A stretch of DNA of 37,819 nucleotides, from the NCBI GenBank assembly GCA_964346135.1, contig CAYFTS010000056.1:1-37819 (forward strand), given 5' to 3'. The stretch comes from an uncultured Candidatus Bathyarchaeia archaeon. Its GTDB lineage: Archaea; Thermoproteota; Bathyarchaeia; Bathyarchaeales; Bathyarchaeaceae. Positions 24,625 through 33,207 of this stretch are shown in pieces (positions within the stretch are counted from its first letter, which is position 1; each line of letters begins with the position of its first letter). Below the pieces are notes generated by a model, which saw only the letters and a list, made by a program, of their open reading frames with translations, made no database searches and was not told the origin of the DNA. Made by a program: the position numbers and the translations under genes.

Positions 24625-27270
24625 TCATGGATATGTTTTGCCGTAGTTTGCAGCGAAAACACCGAAGTCAAACCAGTCAACATCGCCGTCCCAGTCAAAG
24701 TCACACTGATCGTCATAGTTGGAACCGCCAACACTGCTTCCATAAGCCTGAGCGAAATCGCCGAAGTCAAACCAGTCCACGTCTCCGTCGCCGTTCAAGT
24801 CGCCAGCATGTGTCACGAAAACTGCGCTGTAGATGTGGGTATTGTCTAAAACGTCGAGTTCGCTTGGAACTAGTGTGGCGTAGGCGCTTATGATGTAGTT
24901 GCCCTTGGCAAAGTCTGTAGTGTTCCATATGAAAGTGATGGTTGTGAAGTCTCCACTTGTTAAGGTGATGTTGGTAAGTGTGTCGATGATAGTTGTGTTG
25001 GCGTAGGTAGTTATGTTGAAGTTTTCAGAATAGGCTCCCTGATTTGTTACTGTCACGTTTATGCTCAAGGTGAGTCCTTGTCCCACAAATGTTTTGGAGG
25101 GAGCAACGCCTGTAACAGACATGTCGTGGACTTCGCCTCCAACGTGTGTCATTACCACAGGTTCAGCTCCATTGTTATGGAGCCAGAGGTCCCAGATGGC
25201 ATTGCCCCAGCCTTTCAAGTTGGCGAAGAAGGGGTCAGTTTGGATAATGTAGGCTTCAAGGGGCAGGGTATTACCATCTCCGTTTATCTCATCTCTAAGA
25301 AACTCGATGTACTCTTTGGAAGTGGTTTGATAGTAGAGGGTTGCATTCCAAGAAGCAGTGCCAGCAGGTTTTGCTATCGTTACATCATCATAGCCACCTG
25401 CATATTCTTCAGGAGTAAAGTAGTCTGGTGCGTCCTCACCTTCCCACCTTGGCTGGACAAGTCTTGTGTACATCTCAGTTGTGTCAAAACCTTTTGGTGG
25501 AATCCTGTTGTCTTTGTAGCGGTCTGTGGCAAGGGCAAAATGGAAGGTCTTATTCTCCCCTGTGAGTTCGACACTTGCCATCTCAGCCTCCCACACTAGC
25601 CTTTCATGTGTCTTATTGAGGTCACCACCTGACACGTAGACCTCATTGCCGTTAGCATCCGTTGTTGTTACAAGAGGCTCATATGGGTTGATCTCTCCTA
25701 TCAGGCGGTCAGCTTCATCGAAGAACTGCACACTGAGGAACATTCTCCTGCCCTCAGGGAAACCTGAGATGAGCTTGTGCCCTCCATTGTTTGTGACCCT
25801 TATTGTAACGTTAGTAGGGTTTTCATCTACAACACTGAGGTTGGCAGCCATTTGCAGTTGCTGGATTGCTCTGTCTGCACCATCTAAGAGAGCTTGTCCA
25901 TATCCTTGAATTCCAGAAACATCTATCTGGGCGCCCTCGTACATCAGACCTGAGAGAATAGCATAGTTATATGCGTCATATACAGGTCCGGCTGAATCAG
26001 TTGACGCTAGAATTCTTAGAATCCATTGGTTGCCACCAGTCAAATCGTGTAGTGGGAGGTCAGTTCTAATTGGTGTACCAGCCTTGTTACATCCCGCTCC
26101 TGTTACATCTCTCATGTGGCAGTCTTGACACTTTTCTGCCCAAGGTATAAGTGGGATGTTAGTTGCAGTTCCACCTCTTCCATATTCGCTCAGGAGAAAT
26201 TCGCTGGCAGTTCTTTCTACGTGGAAATAAGTTGCTGCTGCCTGTGTCTCGGGAACATCTTCACCAAGAAGCACGCTAGCAAGAATTGGATTTGAGACAT
26301 CGTGGCATGTTACGCAGAACATCTTGCTCTTGTGATAACGAGAATAGTATATCTGATGCTTCGCATTGGCATCCCAGAATGGCCCCCGTTTAGCATTACC
26401 TGGGTCCACAAAGTACTGCCCTGCAGCATTTTCCACGTAATATGGAAGACTGCCATCGCCATAGTAGGTGGGAAGATTTGTGGCGGTGTTGAGAAACAGG
26501 GTTCCATTAAAGAGTGTAAGGGTTCTCAACACTTCTATATCCCTTAGGTAAGTTTCTTCTGCCATTGATTGGGCGACTGACTGTGTTTGGCTGTATATCA
26601 CCACCGAAGTTACAGTCGGGATCACAAGAAGTGTTATGCTCAACATTGTCCAGGTTCTTTTAGAGTTTATTTTTGATTTGCTGGCTACTATAATCAAGGG
26701 AATGAAAAGGAGCCAGGGATATGCGTAAATGGGAATTTCCAGTGAGTTGACTTTGGCTGAACTTGTGGTGGACGAAGCTGTCTCTGGGGGGACATCTGTT
26801 TGATTTAACTGGGTAAACGGATCTATCATCTTGTGGCAGAAATCGCACTGAACGCCATCAAAATCTGTTGTTCTAAGGGCTGCGGTATTGGTGGGATCAC
26901 TTCTGCCTTCAAGCCACCCTGTTGGAGAATGACAACGTATACAGATGTCTCCTGCATTGGGGTTACCAACAGCCCATATGGAATCCTGATCTGCCACTGT
27001 TAGACAGGCTAGCCACAATGGGTCTCTTGCAGCCTGAGCCATCATAGAGCCCCTCCAATTGTAAGCTGGCTCCACAGTGATATTGTAACCTCCATGGCAG
27101 TTGTCACATTTATCTGGTGTCTCAAAAATGCCTACTTCGCCTGGTTGTGATCCTGGCATGAACACATTACGGTCGTCTTTAACAGGTGTCGGTGTCCACG
27201 AATAGATGGAGAAAACTGTCATGAGAAAAACCAATGTTAAAACTAGTAATATTCCTAACATACGTTTCAT
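24625..27270 (-). CDS. Multihaem c-type cytochrome (5 CxxCH) with an internal hydrophobic hairpin, a CARDB-like module and a C-terminal dockerin
   Basis: Signal peptide MKRMLGILLVLTLVFLMTVFSIYS. The CxxCH motifs are CDNCH (nt 27094-27108), CIRCH, CDFCH, CVTCH and CQDCH, at aa 55, 110, 142, 319 and 381. The CARDB-like segment is HDMSVTGVAPSKTFVGQGLTLSINVTVTNQG.... The dockerin has DLNGDGDVDWFD and DFDWDGDVDWFD (nt 24628-24804). Several track ORFs on both strands inside this span are shorter and lack motifs. Confidence 0.8.
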   Translation of the reverse strand: MKRMLGILLVLTLVFLMTVFSIYSWTPTPVKDDRNVFMPGSQPGEVGIFETPDKCDNCHGGYNITVEPAYNWRGSMMAQAARDPLWLACLTVADQDSIWAVGNPNAGDICIRCHSPTGWLEGRSDPTNTAALRTTDFDGVQCDFCHKMIDPFTQLNQTDVPPETASSTTSSAKVNSLEIPIYAYPWLLFIPLIIVASKSKINSKRTWTMLSITLLVIPTVTSVVIYSQTQSVAQSMAEETYLRDIEVLRTLTLFNGTLFLNTATNLPTYYGDGSLPYYVENAAGQYFVDPGNAKRGPFWDANAKHQIYYSRYHKSKMFCVTCHDVSNPILASVLLGEDVPETQAAATYFHVERTASEFLLSEYGRGGTATNIPLIPWAEKCQDCHMRDVTGAGCNKAGTPIRTDLPLHDLTGGNQWILRILASTDSAGPVYDAYNYAILSGLMYEGAQIDVSGIQGYGQALLDGADRAIQQLQMAANLSVVDENPTNVTIRVTNNGGHKLISGFPEGRRMFLSVQFFDEADRLIGEINPYEPLVTTTDANGNEVYVSGGDLNKTHERLVWEAEMASVELTGENKTFHFALATDRYKDNRIPPKGFDTTEMYTRLVQPRWEGEDAPDYFTPEEYAGGYDDVTIAKPAGTASWNATLYYQTTSKEYIEFLRDEINGDGNTLPLEAYIIQTDPFFANLKGWGNAIWDLWLHNNGAEPVVMTHVGGEVHDMSVTGVAPSKTFVGQGLTLSINVTVTNQGAYSENFNITTYANTTIIDTLTNITLTSGDFTTITFIWNTTDFAKGNYIISAYATLVPSELDVLDNTHIYSAVFVTHAGDLNGDGDVDWFDFGDFAQAYGSSVGGSNYDDQCDFDWDGDVDWFDFGVFAANYGKTYP

Positions 27271-27431
27271 TATTGTTACCCATCCTCCTTTCTCGCATAT
27301 CGATTAGTAACATCTTATATATGATTTTTTTTGATTACTATAAGGAAAATTACGTATTCTATAACTCTTCTATGGTTGACACTCTTCAATTACCATTCAA
27401 AAGAATGTTGAAAAAATAACGAGTCTATCTA

Positions 27432-27869
27432 TCAGCGTCTTGCCTTCGGTTTCGGCTTAACTGCCATCTTCTCCTCTTCTCCACTATCCTCCTCCTCCCC
27501 AACCCGCCTTCCAGAACCATGTCTATTCATTTCACTAGAAAAAAGCAGGTTAGGCGGAGGATAAGGCGTATCAAGAACCGTCGCCAAAAGAAAAGTCGTC
27601 GTAAAAACACGTTGATAAACTCTGTGGAGAAGTAAAGGTATCTTTGTTTTCGGATCAACTTCCAACAATTTTTCTATTGCAGTATTACTGCCAGAAAGAG
27701 TTGCCGCTCCCTCGACCTCAAACTTAACCACACTAGGTTTCGTGCCCACAGTTAAAACAAAACTAACAACCAGTCTCCCACTTTTCCGCTCCTTCTCTTC
27801 CAACTTGGCATTAACATCAAAACTAAACGTAGCCGACTCTTCCTTTCCCCCAAACTTAACGCCACGCAA
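27432..27869 (-). CDS. Hypothetical 145-aa protein with an acidic/basic tail (weak SecB-like resemblance)
   Basis: The ORF has a TTG start, and the frame stays open about 70 nt further upstream without a canonical start. The segment IPLLLHRVYQRVFTTTFLLATVLDTPYPPPNLLF loosely recalls the SecB C-terminal signature (LFPYARE...FP..NL.PVNF). The tail is GEEEDSGEEEKMAVKPKPKARR. Confidence 0.4.
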   Translation of the reverse strand: MRGVKFGGKEESATFSFDVNAKLEEKERKSGRLVVSFVLTVGTKPSVVKFEVEGAATLSGSNTAIEKLLEVDPKTKIPLLLHRVYQRVFTTTFLLATVLDTPYPPPNLLFSSEMNRHGSGRRVGEEEDSGEEEKMAVKPKPKARR

Positions 27870-28022
27870 ACCTAGGACATCGACTTCAATTGAAACTCCA
27901 GATGCGCTACTTTCTGCTGAAATGACTGATTCCCCGCTTCACTTAAACTGTTAACAGATGAACCTAACCTTTTTTTCTCAACCTCACCACTAAATCTCAA
28001 ACCTTAACGATTTTTTCGCTTT

Positions 28023-28045
28023 GTGTGTAAGAACATGCTACACAC
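28023..28045. promoter_or_regulatory. Palindromic motif copy 1 (GTGTGTAGCA-N6-TACACAC), a putative operator/UAS
   Basis: The minus-strand reading is GTGTGTAGCATGTTCTTACACAC, with perfect 7-bp arms. It is intergenic, 154 nt upstream of the 145-aa ORF start and downstream of the VWA gene. Confidence 0.5.
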
Positions 28046-28193
28046 ATTTTCTACATGCGTGCACATACACGTTAACCAATGATGGCAAAGAAAATACTCA
28101 GAAGTTCTCTATAATCTTCACTAGCTATACTAGTACCCTTATACACAAAGTCTCTCAAGCTTCTCAAAAATCTGTTCTTCAGTTAGCTTCTTG

Positions 28194-29933
28194 CTAAAGA
28201 CCAACGGCACCTCTACCAGCATCTAGAAATAGATGCGAAAATTTCTTTGCCAAATCCCTCATGTCTTTGACATTGCAATTTACTCTGAAAAAATTCTCCA
28301 TCCTATTGGTCTTAACTCCCACCCCAATGACAACCATACCAACTTTTTCGAGAAACTCAAGAGTTTCCCCCAGAGCCACTGTTACATTCGAATAGCCGTA
28401 GGGCCGTCCATCGGAGAGAATAGTCAACAGCCTAAGGTTTTCGGCTCTTCTCTTTAGAATTTCTCCCGCAAGGCGGAGAGCATCCGGCATGTAGGTGAGG
28501 CCTTCAAACCTTAGTCCCCCAATTCGTGCTTTTATTTTAGGGCCATATCTTTCTGTTGTATCCTTCAAAATGAGAAACCGATCGTTAAATGCGTAAATTC
28601 CCCAAGACGTTGGATCTATCAACAGTTCTTTTGCAGTGTCAGCAAGACATATACACAAATTTCGAACATCATCGCCAATGTAGCCCATACTTTTACTGGC
28701 GTCAAGGAGGATGACCCAAGCATGGCTTTTGCTTATATTTTCGTCTCGCATGAAAACATCCATTCTCGGACTCTTACTAGCCATGACTTGTATAACTTCT
28801 TGAATGTCTAGAACACCAAACATTTTTCTAGGGTCCTCATCCAAAGCATCAAACGCCACCATGAGACTATCTATGAGTCTCCTTGTTGAGCTTTTAGTCG
28901 TTGTCTTCGCTCTAAGGTATTGCGTGTAGTCTTCAGTTGGAAAGCCGATTGATTTGAACTTGGTTAGGGATATAAGTTCTTCATATCTGTCAAGAATCTT
29001 TTCGTGTTTGGCTTTTTCGCGAGACCAAGAATCATAGACTTGAAGAGCCTCTGCCTCAACTGCCCTTTTCCGCATAGTCTGTTGTGACTCATCTCCTGAA
29101 GCTTCTCCTCCTAGAGTTGTCAAACATTTGTCAAAGATGTCGCCGACTCCATCGTCAGGTTGCACTTGGTATTGAGGAAAAAGAGTACAGTGTTCCAATT
29201 GTTCTGTATGAGGCAGTGATGGGATTTCCAGTACAGGTTCATAATGTTCAAGGGCATGATAAATTTTATCCGCGACTTTTAACTCCATATTGTCTAAATT
29301 TGCCTGCTCACCAGCGAAGGATTCTAATGCTTTTTCTTTTAGTTGTCTAAGCTCTTTCACTACTTGACTGACCGTTTTCTGTTCTTCCGTTCTTATCTTT
29401 CCCTTAGCTACTCCTAAATTAGCTTGCAACAACGATGCAGCCATGATTCGAGTGGCTGAATTCCAGATTCTTCCAAGAGGCTTCATTCTTTTAAAAGCAA
29501 GAGAGTTGGCGAAAGCTATGTCCACAAGCTTGTCAGGATGCCGTGCTAAGATATAGGCGTTAGCCTTAACATCTTCAACTAATGACTCCGCAAACTTTGC
29601 AACACGATTATCTTTCTGCTTCTCCCACTTAGAATACATTTCAAAATTTGAAGTGACAATGTGTGCGCTAAGGTGGAAGACAGAAGCCTTTAGTAACCGG
29701 GCAACTTGCAGTTTTCCCTTAGACTCCGCTGGAAATTGATACCCCAAGAACGAAATTGCTTCCTCCCCTTCATCACCATGTAAAACGGGTTCTGGCAAAG
29801 CTATCACAAAGCCAACTTTGTCACGTGAAAGAATTGGCTGCGTAAGTTTTGGGTCAATGCGCAACTTTGTTTCGAACTGGTCTTTTTTGAATAATAAAGA
29901 CCAAGCATATTCAAGGTAGCCCAATGGAACCAC
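28194..29933 (-). CDS. von Willebrand factor A (VWA) domain protein, NorD/CbbO/CobT-like partner of the adjacent MoxR ATPase
   Basis: The C-terminal VWA has a MIDAS motif, VILLDASKSMG (DxSxS), and downstream ...GLTYMPDALRLA...LTILSDGRPYGY. The long helical N-terminal region is as in NorD/CbbO-type proteins. It lies 32 nt downstream of the AAA+ gene. Confidence 0.8.
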   Translation of the reverse strand: MVPLGYLEYAWSLLFKKDQFETKLRIDPKLTQPILSRDKVGFVIALPEPVLHGDEGEEAISFLGYQFPAESKGKLQVARLLKASVFHLSAHIVTSNFEMYSKWEKQKDNRVAKFAESLVEDVKANAYILARHPDKLVDIAFANSLAFKRMKPLGRIWNSATRIMAASLLQANLGVAKGKIRTEEQKTVSQVVKELRQLKEKALESFAGEQANLDNMELKVADKIYHALEHYEPVLEIPSLPHTEQLEHCTLFPQYQVQPDDGVGDIFDKCLTTLGGEASGDESQQTMRKRAVEAEALQVYDSWSREKAKHEKILDRYEELISLTKFKSIGFPTEDYTQYLRAKTTTKSSTRRLIDSLMVAFDALDEDPRKMFGVLDIQEVIQVMASKSPRMDVFMRDENISKSHAWVILLDASKSMGYIGDDVRNLCICLADTAKELLIDPTSWGIYAFNDRFLILKDTTERYGPKIKARIGGLRFEGLTYMPDALRLAGEILKRRAENLRLLTILSDGRPYGYSNVTVALGETLEFLEKVGMVVIGVGVKTNRMENFFRVNCNVKDMRDLAKKFSHLFLDAGRGAVGL

Positions 29934-29965
29934 CGTTTTCTATTGAAGTTGTAGCCAGTGACCAG

Positions 29966-30979
29966 CTAACCGCTCTTGAAAACGCTTTCAATAATTCTCC
30001 TCACATCACCCTGCACTTCTGGGCTATCACTGGTCAAAGCAACTATTGTTTCCTCAGCAGCTGCTAAAGGGGCAAGTCCATCGTTAATAAGAACTGCCCA
30101 GTGCATTAAATCTCCAAGTGAAGGTCCATAAGGTAAGTCCCCTGCCTTATACTGCCTCCGCATCTCTGCTCCAACCCTAAGAACTTTAAAAGCCGTGTCT
30201 TCATCCACACCTTTTCTAACTATCAGCTGCGCTTCTTCGGGAAGAATCCTGTCTCCAACACTTGGATAGTCAAAATTTACCCATACGCTCATTCGTCTTC
30301 TGAAAGCTGCGTTCATGGGTTTGGTTCCCGCAAACTCTGCTGAAAAGGGGTTCATAGCAATTATTACGTATCCAAACTTATGGCGCTTGACGATTTCGCC
30401 ATCCTTCTCCGTAATCACCATGTGGCCCCTCGTGTCAAGTACTGGATTCAGTCTAGTGGCAACATCCTGCTTCATCATGTTTGCTTCATCCAAGTACATT
30501 AAACCTCCATTTCTAAGCCAAGAAACCAATGGTCCATCGATCCAGTTTTCTTTTCCAAGTCCAATGTACCGTCCTATAAGGTCATAAGACGATGTTTGAA
30601 GACCACAGTTAACCTCATACATAGGCAATCCCGTAAGTTCAGCAACGAGATAAGCGATATGCGTCTTTCCTGTTCCAGATGGTCCAATTAATGCGCATTG
30701 TTTAAAATAGTAAAGAGCTCTTATTATCTGCTTAACGTAGTCATGATCGCCTTGAATGTATGGTGGAGTGTTAGCTGGAATTAAACCTCTAACCTTATCT
30801 GGGAATTCATAATTTCGATGGAGATTATATTTTTCAAGGTCGACGTTGTATAAGCCTTCGAGAGGCGATTTTGCCGCAGATTGTTTCCTTGTTAATCGAA
30901 TACTGATTCTAGCGCCGTTTCGTCTAATGTGGGTCACTTCGTCGTCTGTCGTGGTTGTCCCTCGGGTTTGGAGCGACAA
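29966..30979 (-). CDS. MoxR-class AAA+ ATPase (AAA_5; CbbQ/NorQ/GvpN-like)
   Basis: Walker A GPSGTGKTH, Walker B LMYLDEANMM, then VIIAMNP and an arginine-finger region AAFRRRM, typical of the CbbQ/NorQ subgroup. The TTG start at 30977-30979 is preceded by GAGG. The next ATG lies beyond Walker A, so a non-ATG start is required. Confidence 0.9.
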   Translation of the reverse strand: MSLQTRGTTTTDDEVTHIRRNGARISIRLTRKQSAAKSPLEGLYNVDLEKYNLHRNYEFPDKVRGLIPANTPPYIQGDHDYVKQIIRALYYFKQCALIGPSGTGKTHIAYLVAELTGLPMYEVNCGLQTSSYDLIGRYIGLGKENWIDGPLVSWLRNGGLMYLDEANMMKQDVATRLNPVLDTRGHMVITEKDGEIVKRHKFGYVIIAMNPFSAEFAGTKPMNAAFRRRMSVWVNFDYPSVGDRILPEEAQLIVRKGVDEDTAFKVLRVGAEMRRQYKAGDLPYGPSLGDLMHWAVLINDGLAPLAAAEETIVALTSDSPEVQGDVRRIIESVFKSG

Positions 30980-31015
30980 AATTTCAGCCTCAACATTAGA
31001 TATAGGTTGGAAACC

Positions 31016-31024
31016 ATATAAATA
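31016..31024 (-). promoter_or_regulatory. TATA-box-like element upstream of the MoxR-VWA operon
   Basis: The minus-strand reading is ATTTATAT, about 37-45 nt upstream of the TTG start. This leaves room for a short leader carrying GAGG. The assignment rests on position and composition only. Confidence 0.35.
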
Positions 31025-31121
31025 TTATGTCGTATGACTTACGACTATGAATTATTTCCCTCACTAAACATAATACACACGAACAATAGACGAAACCCTA
31101 AAGCCCATACGCATCAAAAAT

Positions 31122-31144
31122 GTGCGAAGTATCCTGCTACATAC
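31122..31144. promoter_or_regulatory. Palindromic motif copy 2 (degenerate), a putative operator/UAS in a divergent promoter region
   Basis: The minus-strand reading is GTATGTAGCAGGATACTTCGCAC. The 10-mer arm matches 9/10 and the second arm is weaker. It lies 46 nt upstream of ATG 31190 and 143 nt upstream of the MoxR start. Confidence 0.4.
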
Positions 31145-31162
31145 AAATCTTTTAGCTAATTC

Positions 31163-31660
31163 TTGCTTTCACCTTCAAAGGGGGTGCTCATGAGCCAAGA
31201 GCCCAAAGAGGCAAAAAAGAAACGTCTAGAAGACACTCTCAAATCTCTGGAGGACATACGTGAAGAAATAGGGCAAATGTCTGAACTTACATCAGAAGAA
31301 AGCATGCTTGCTACAGAATTCCTTAAAACGCTTATTAGGGTTATGCAATTTGTTCCACAAAAGCTACCTGTTTCCACCTCAGTGTTGCCAGAAGAATGGG
31401 GAAAGGTGAACCAAGCAAGCCTAGACCTCACTGGCCAGCTTCTTGTCCTTTATCCAGATAAAAAAATGGAGTCAATAAACTTGACAGAGCAGAGATATCG
31501 TGGACTCCTTATCAAAATAGCTTACGATGTCGTGCCAACTTTGAAGAGACTCATTACTTCCCATCGACAAAAGATTGAAGCTCGTTTCAAATTAATGTCG
31601 TCAGTTACAAAGGAACTTCAGAGAACAGTGAAAACACTTTCACTGGAAGATTCTGAATAA
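31163..31660 (+). CDS. Hypothetical coiled-coil protein (paralogue of the 32321-32917 product)
   Basis: The likely true start is ATG 31190 (MSQEPKEAKKK), preceded by GGGGGTG. I recognised no known family. The shared block with the 198-aa protein is described in the findings. Confidence 0.55.
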   Translation: MLSPSKGVLMSQEPKEAKKKRLEDTLKSLEDIREEIGQMSELTSEESMLATEFLKTLIRVMQFVPQKLPVSTSVLPEEWGKVNQASLDLTGQLLVLYPDKKMESINLTEQRYRGLLIKIAYDVVPTLKRLITSHRQKIEARFKLMSSVTKELQRTVKTLSLEDSE

Positions 31661-31743
31661 TCAACTGGCTGAACCACTATTTTTGCGCGTGCATTTGGTA
31701 AAGTCTTTATATACTATACTTTAACGCTGTTATCACATAAGTT

Positions 31744-32265
31744 TCAAGAAGTTTTGACCGTAGAAAACTCAGCTATAAACTCGAATTTTTCCGCCATCTC
31801 TTTTTCTCCTTTTTTACGTAGAACAAGCTTTTCAGGAATCTCATCACGTACATATGTTACGTAAAGTATGTCTTTTCCCAGACCAAATTTTTTCAAATCT
31901 TCAATCGTGTCTCTAAATTTTTCAAGTTTCATGACCTTTCTGTTCATTTCCTCAATGACTTCAAAAAGCATTTCAGCCTCCCCTTGTTTGTCTGCGCTAA
32001 GCATAATGTCTTTAAACGTGGTCCAACTCGAGCCTTTCTTTTTGCTTTTAGTTTTTTCTTTCTTGGATGATTTTTGTAGAGCAGATATTTCTTTGAACCA
32101 TTCCTGGTCGCCGTGGGTTGCTTCCAACTCTCTGAGAAAGAATCCTAACCTTTTACTATACTCTTCCACTGCAGTCTTGTAAGAATTGATTTCATCCTCA
32201 ACGCTTTCACTTAACTCTTTAAGGGAATAGAAATTACGTATTTCTGTAACTAGGTTGCCCAACAT
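31744..32265 (-). CDS. Hypothetical coiled-coil protein with a central Lys-rich linker
   Basis: A 173-aa ORF of charged helical sequence with KKEKTKSKKKGSS in the middle. It lies 55 nt downstream of the 198-aa ORF on the same strand, so a two-gene operon is likely. Confidence 0.5.
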   Translation of the reverse strand: MLGNLVTEIRNFYSLKELSESVEDEINSYKTAVEEYSKRLGFFLRELEATHGDQEWFKEISALQKSSKKEKTKSKKKGSSWTTFKDIMLSADKQGEAEMLFEVIEEMNRKVMKLEKFRDTIEDLKKFGLGKDILYVTYVRDEIPEKLVLRKKGEKEMAEKFEFIAEFSTVKTS

Positions 32266-32320
32266 TTTTCACGGTCCAACTTTGGTTTGTTTATTTTGGT
32301 GGGCTGTTTTCCTTCATATG

Positions 32321-32917
32321 TCATTCTGAACTCCCTCCAGCATTTTCTTTTGAAGTTTCAAATGCTCTGTTAATGCTTTCTAATCCGCGGTACATCCTTT
32401 CAAAAAAGTTGATCCTCATGCTAATTGTCTTTCTGTACGATCTCATTGACCTTCCAAGTTCAGGAATAATAATCAAAAATACTGCTAAAACAATCTCTGG
32501 GGAATACTCCTCCAAAGGTCTAGAACTTACTTTAGTTTTCTCATAAAAAAAAACTAGGTTTCCAGTTTCGTTTAGTATAATCTTGTCAGTTTTCTTGAAT
32601 ATTGGAATGGCTTCGGGTGGTATGACAAAAGATAGCCCCAATCGTTTGAGAACTGGTTGTATAAGCCTGCAGAGTTCTTTAGCCAATTTTTTATCTTCTA
32701 TCAGAAACTCGCTTAATTGCAGAACTTCTTCATTTATTATTCTTAAAGAGTCCGAGAATTTTTGTTCGATTTCGTCTCTTATTCTTTCTATCTCTTCTTC
32801 ATCAAACATTTCCAAATCTTGACGCTGAAAAAGAAGGTAGGACAAATTAACTTCATCCGTTCTGTCATCTGAAAAATCGCTTGATTTCGCCTTTTTTCGG
32901 ACTATCTTTTTACTCAA
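32321..32917 (-). CDS. Hypothetical protein (paralogue of the 31163-31660 product)
   Basis: A 198-aa ORF with a TTG start at 32915-32917, preceded by GGAG. It shares IR(E/D)EI.Q ... L(D/N)xTGxL...Y...K..S..L.E ... (V/I)P.L.R.....R..I..R with the 165-aa protein. Confidence 0.55.
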   Translation of the reverse strand: MSKKIVRKKAKSSDFSDDRTDEVNLSYLLFQRQDLEMFDEEEIERIRDEIEQKFSDSLRIINEEVLQLSEFLIEDKKLAKELCRLIQPVLKRLGLSFVIPPEAIPIFKKTDKIILNETGNLVFFYEKTKVSSRPLEEYSPEIVLAVFLIIIPELGRSMRSYRKTISMRINFFERMYRGLESINRAFETSKENAGGSSE

Positions 32918-32997
32918 AACGCTTATTTCTCCAATCGGACTGAATATTGAATCTTGATTTCAGTTATTTAGCAAATCTCTACCGAATAAGAAAATTT

Positions 32998-33020
32998 GTA
33001 TGTAATATTCTGCTACACAC
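32998..33020. promoter_or_regulatory. Palindromic motif copy 3, a putative operator/UAS
   Basis: The minus-strand reading is GTGTGTAGCAGAATATTACATAC. It lies 81 nt upstream of the TTG start of the 198-aa ORF. Confidence 0.5.
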
Positions 33021-33207
33021 TCATGGGGTTTGTACATAGAGATATTACTGTACGAGAATGGGTTCTGTAAAATGAAGATGAGGCTTGTAGAAAGCTGACG
33101 AGACGGTTGAAGTGAAGTGATTTGATTAGTATAACACAAACTTGCACGTATGTTTTTCGCCATACACCGCTGGAACATTGAAACAGTGTCAAATAAAAAG
33201 GGAAAAC

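Noticed and set aside
33148-33170. GTATGTT-N8-TACACC, a possible fifth copy of the palindromic motif
   Set aside because: The spacer is one nucleotide shorter, the GCA/TGC core is absent, and both arms are imperfect. It is too weak to count.
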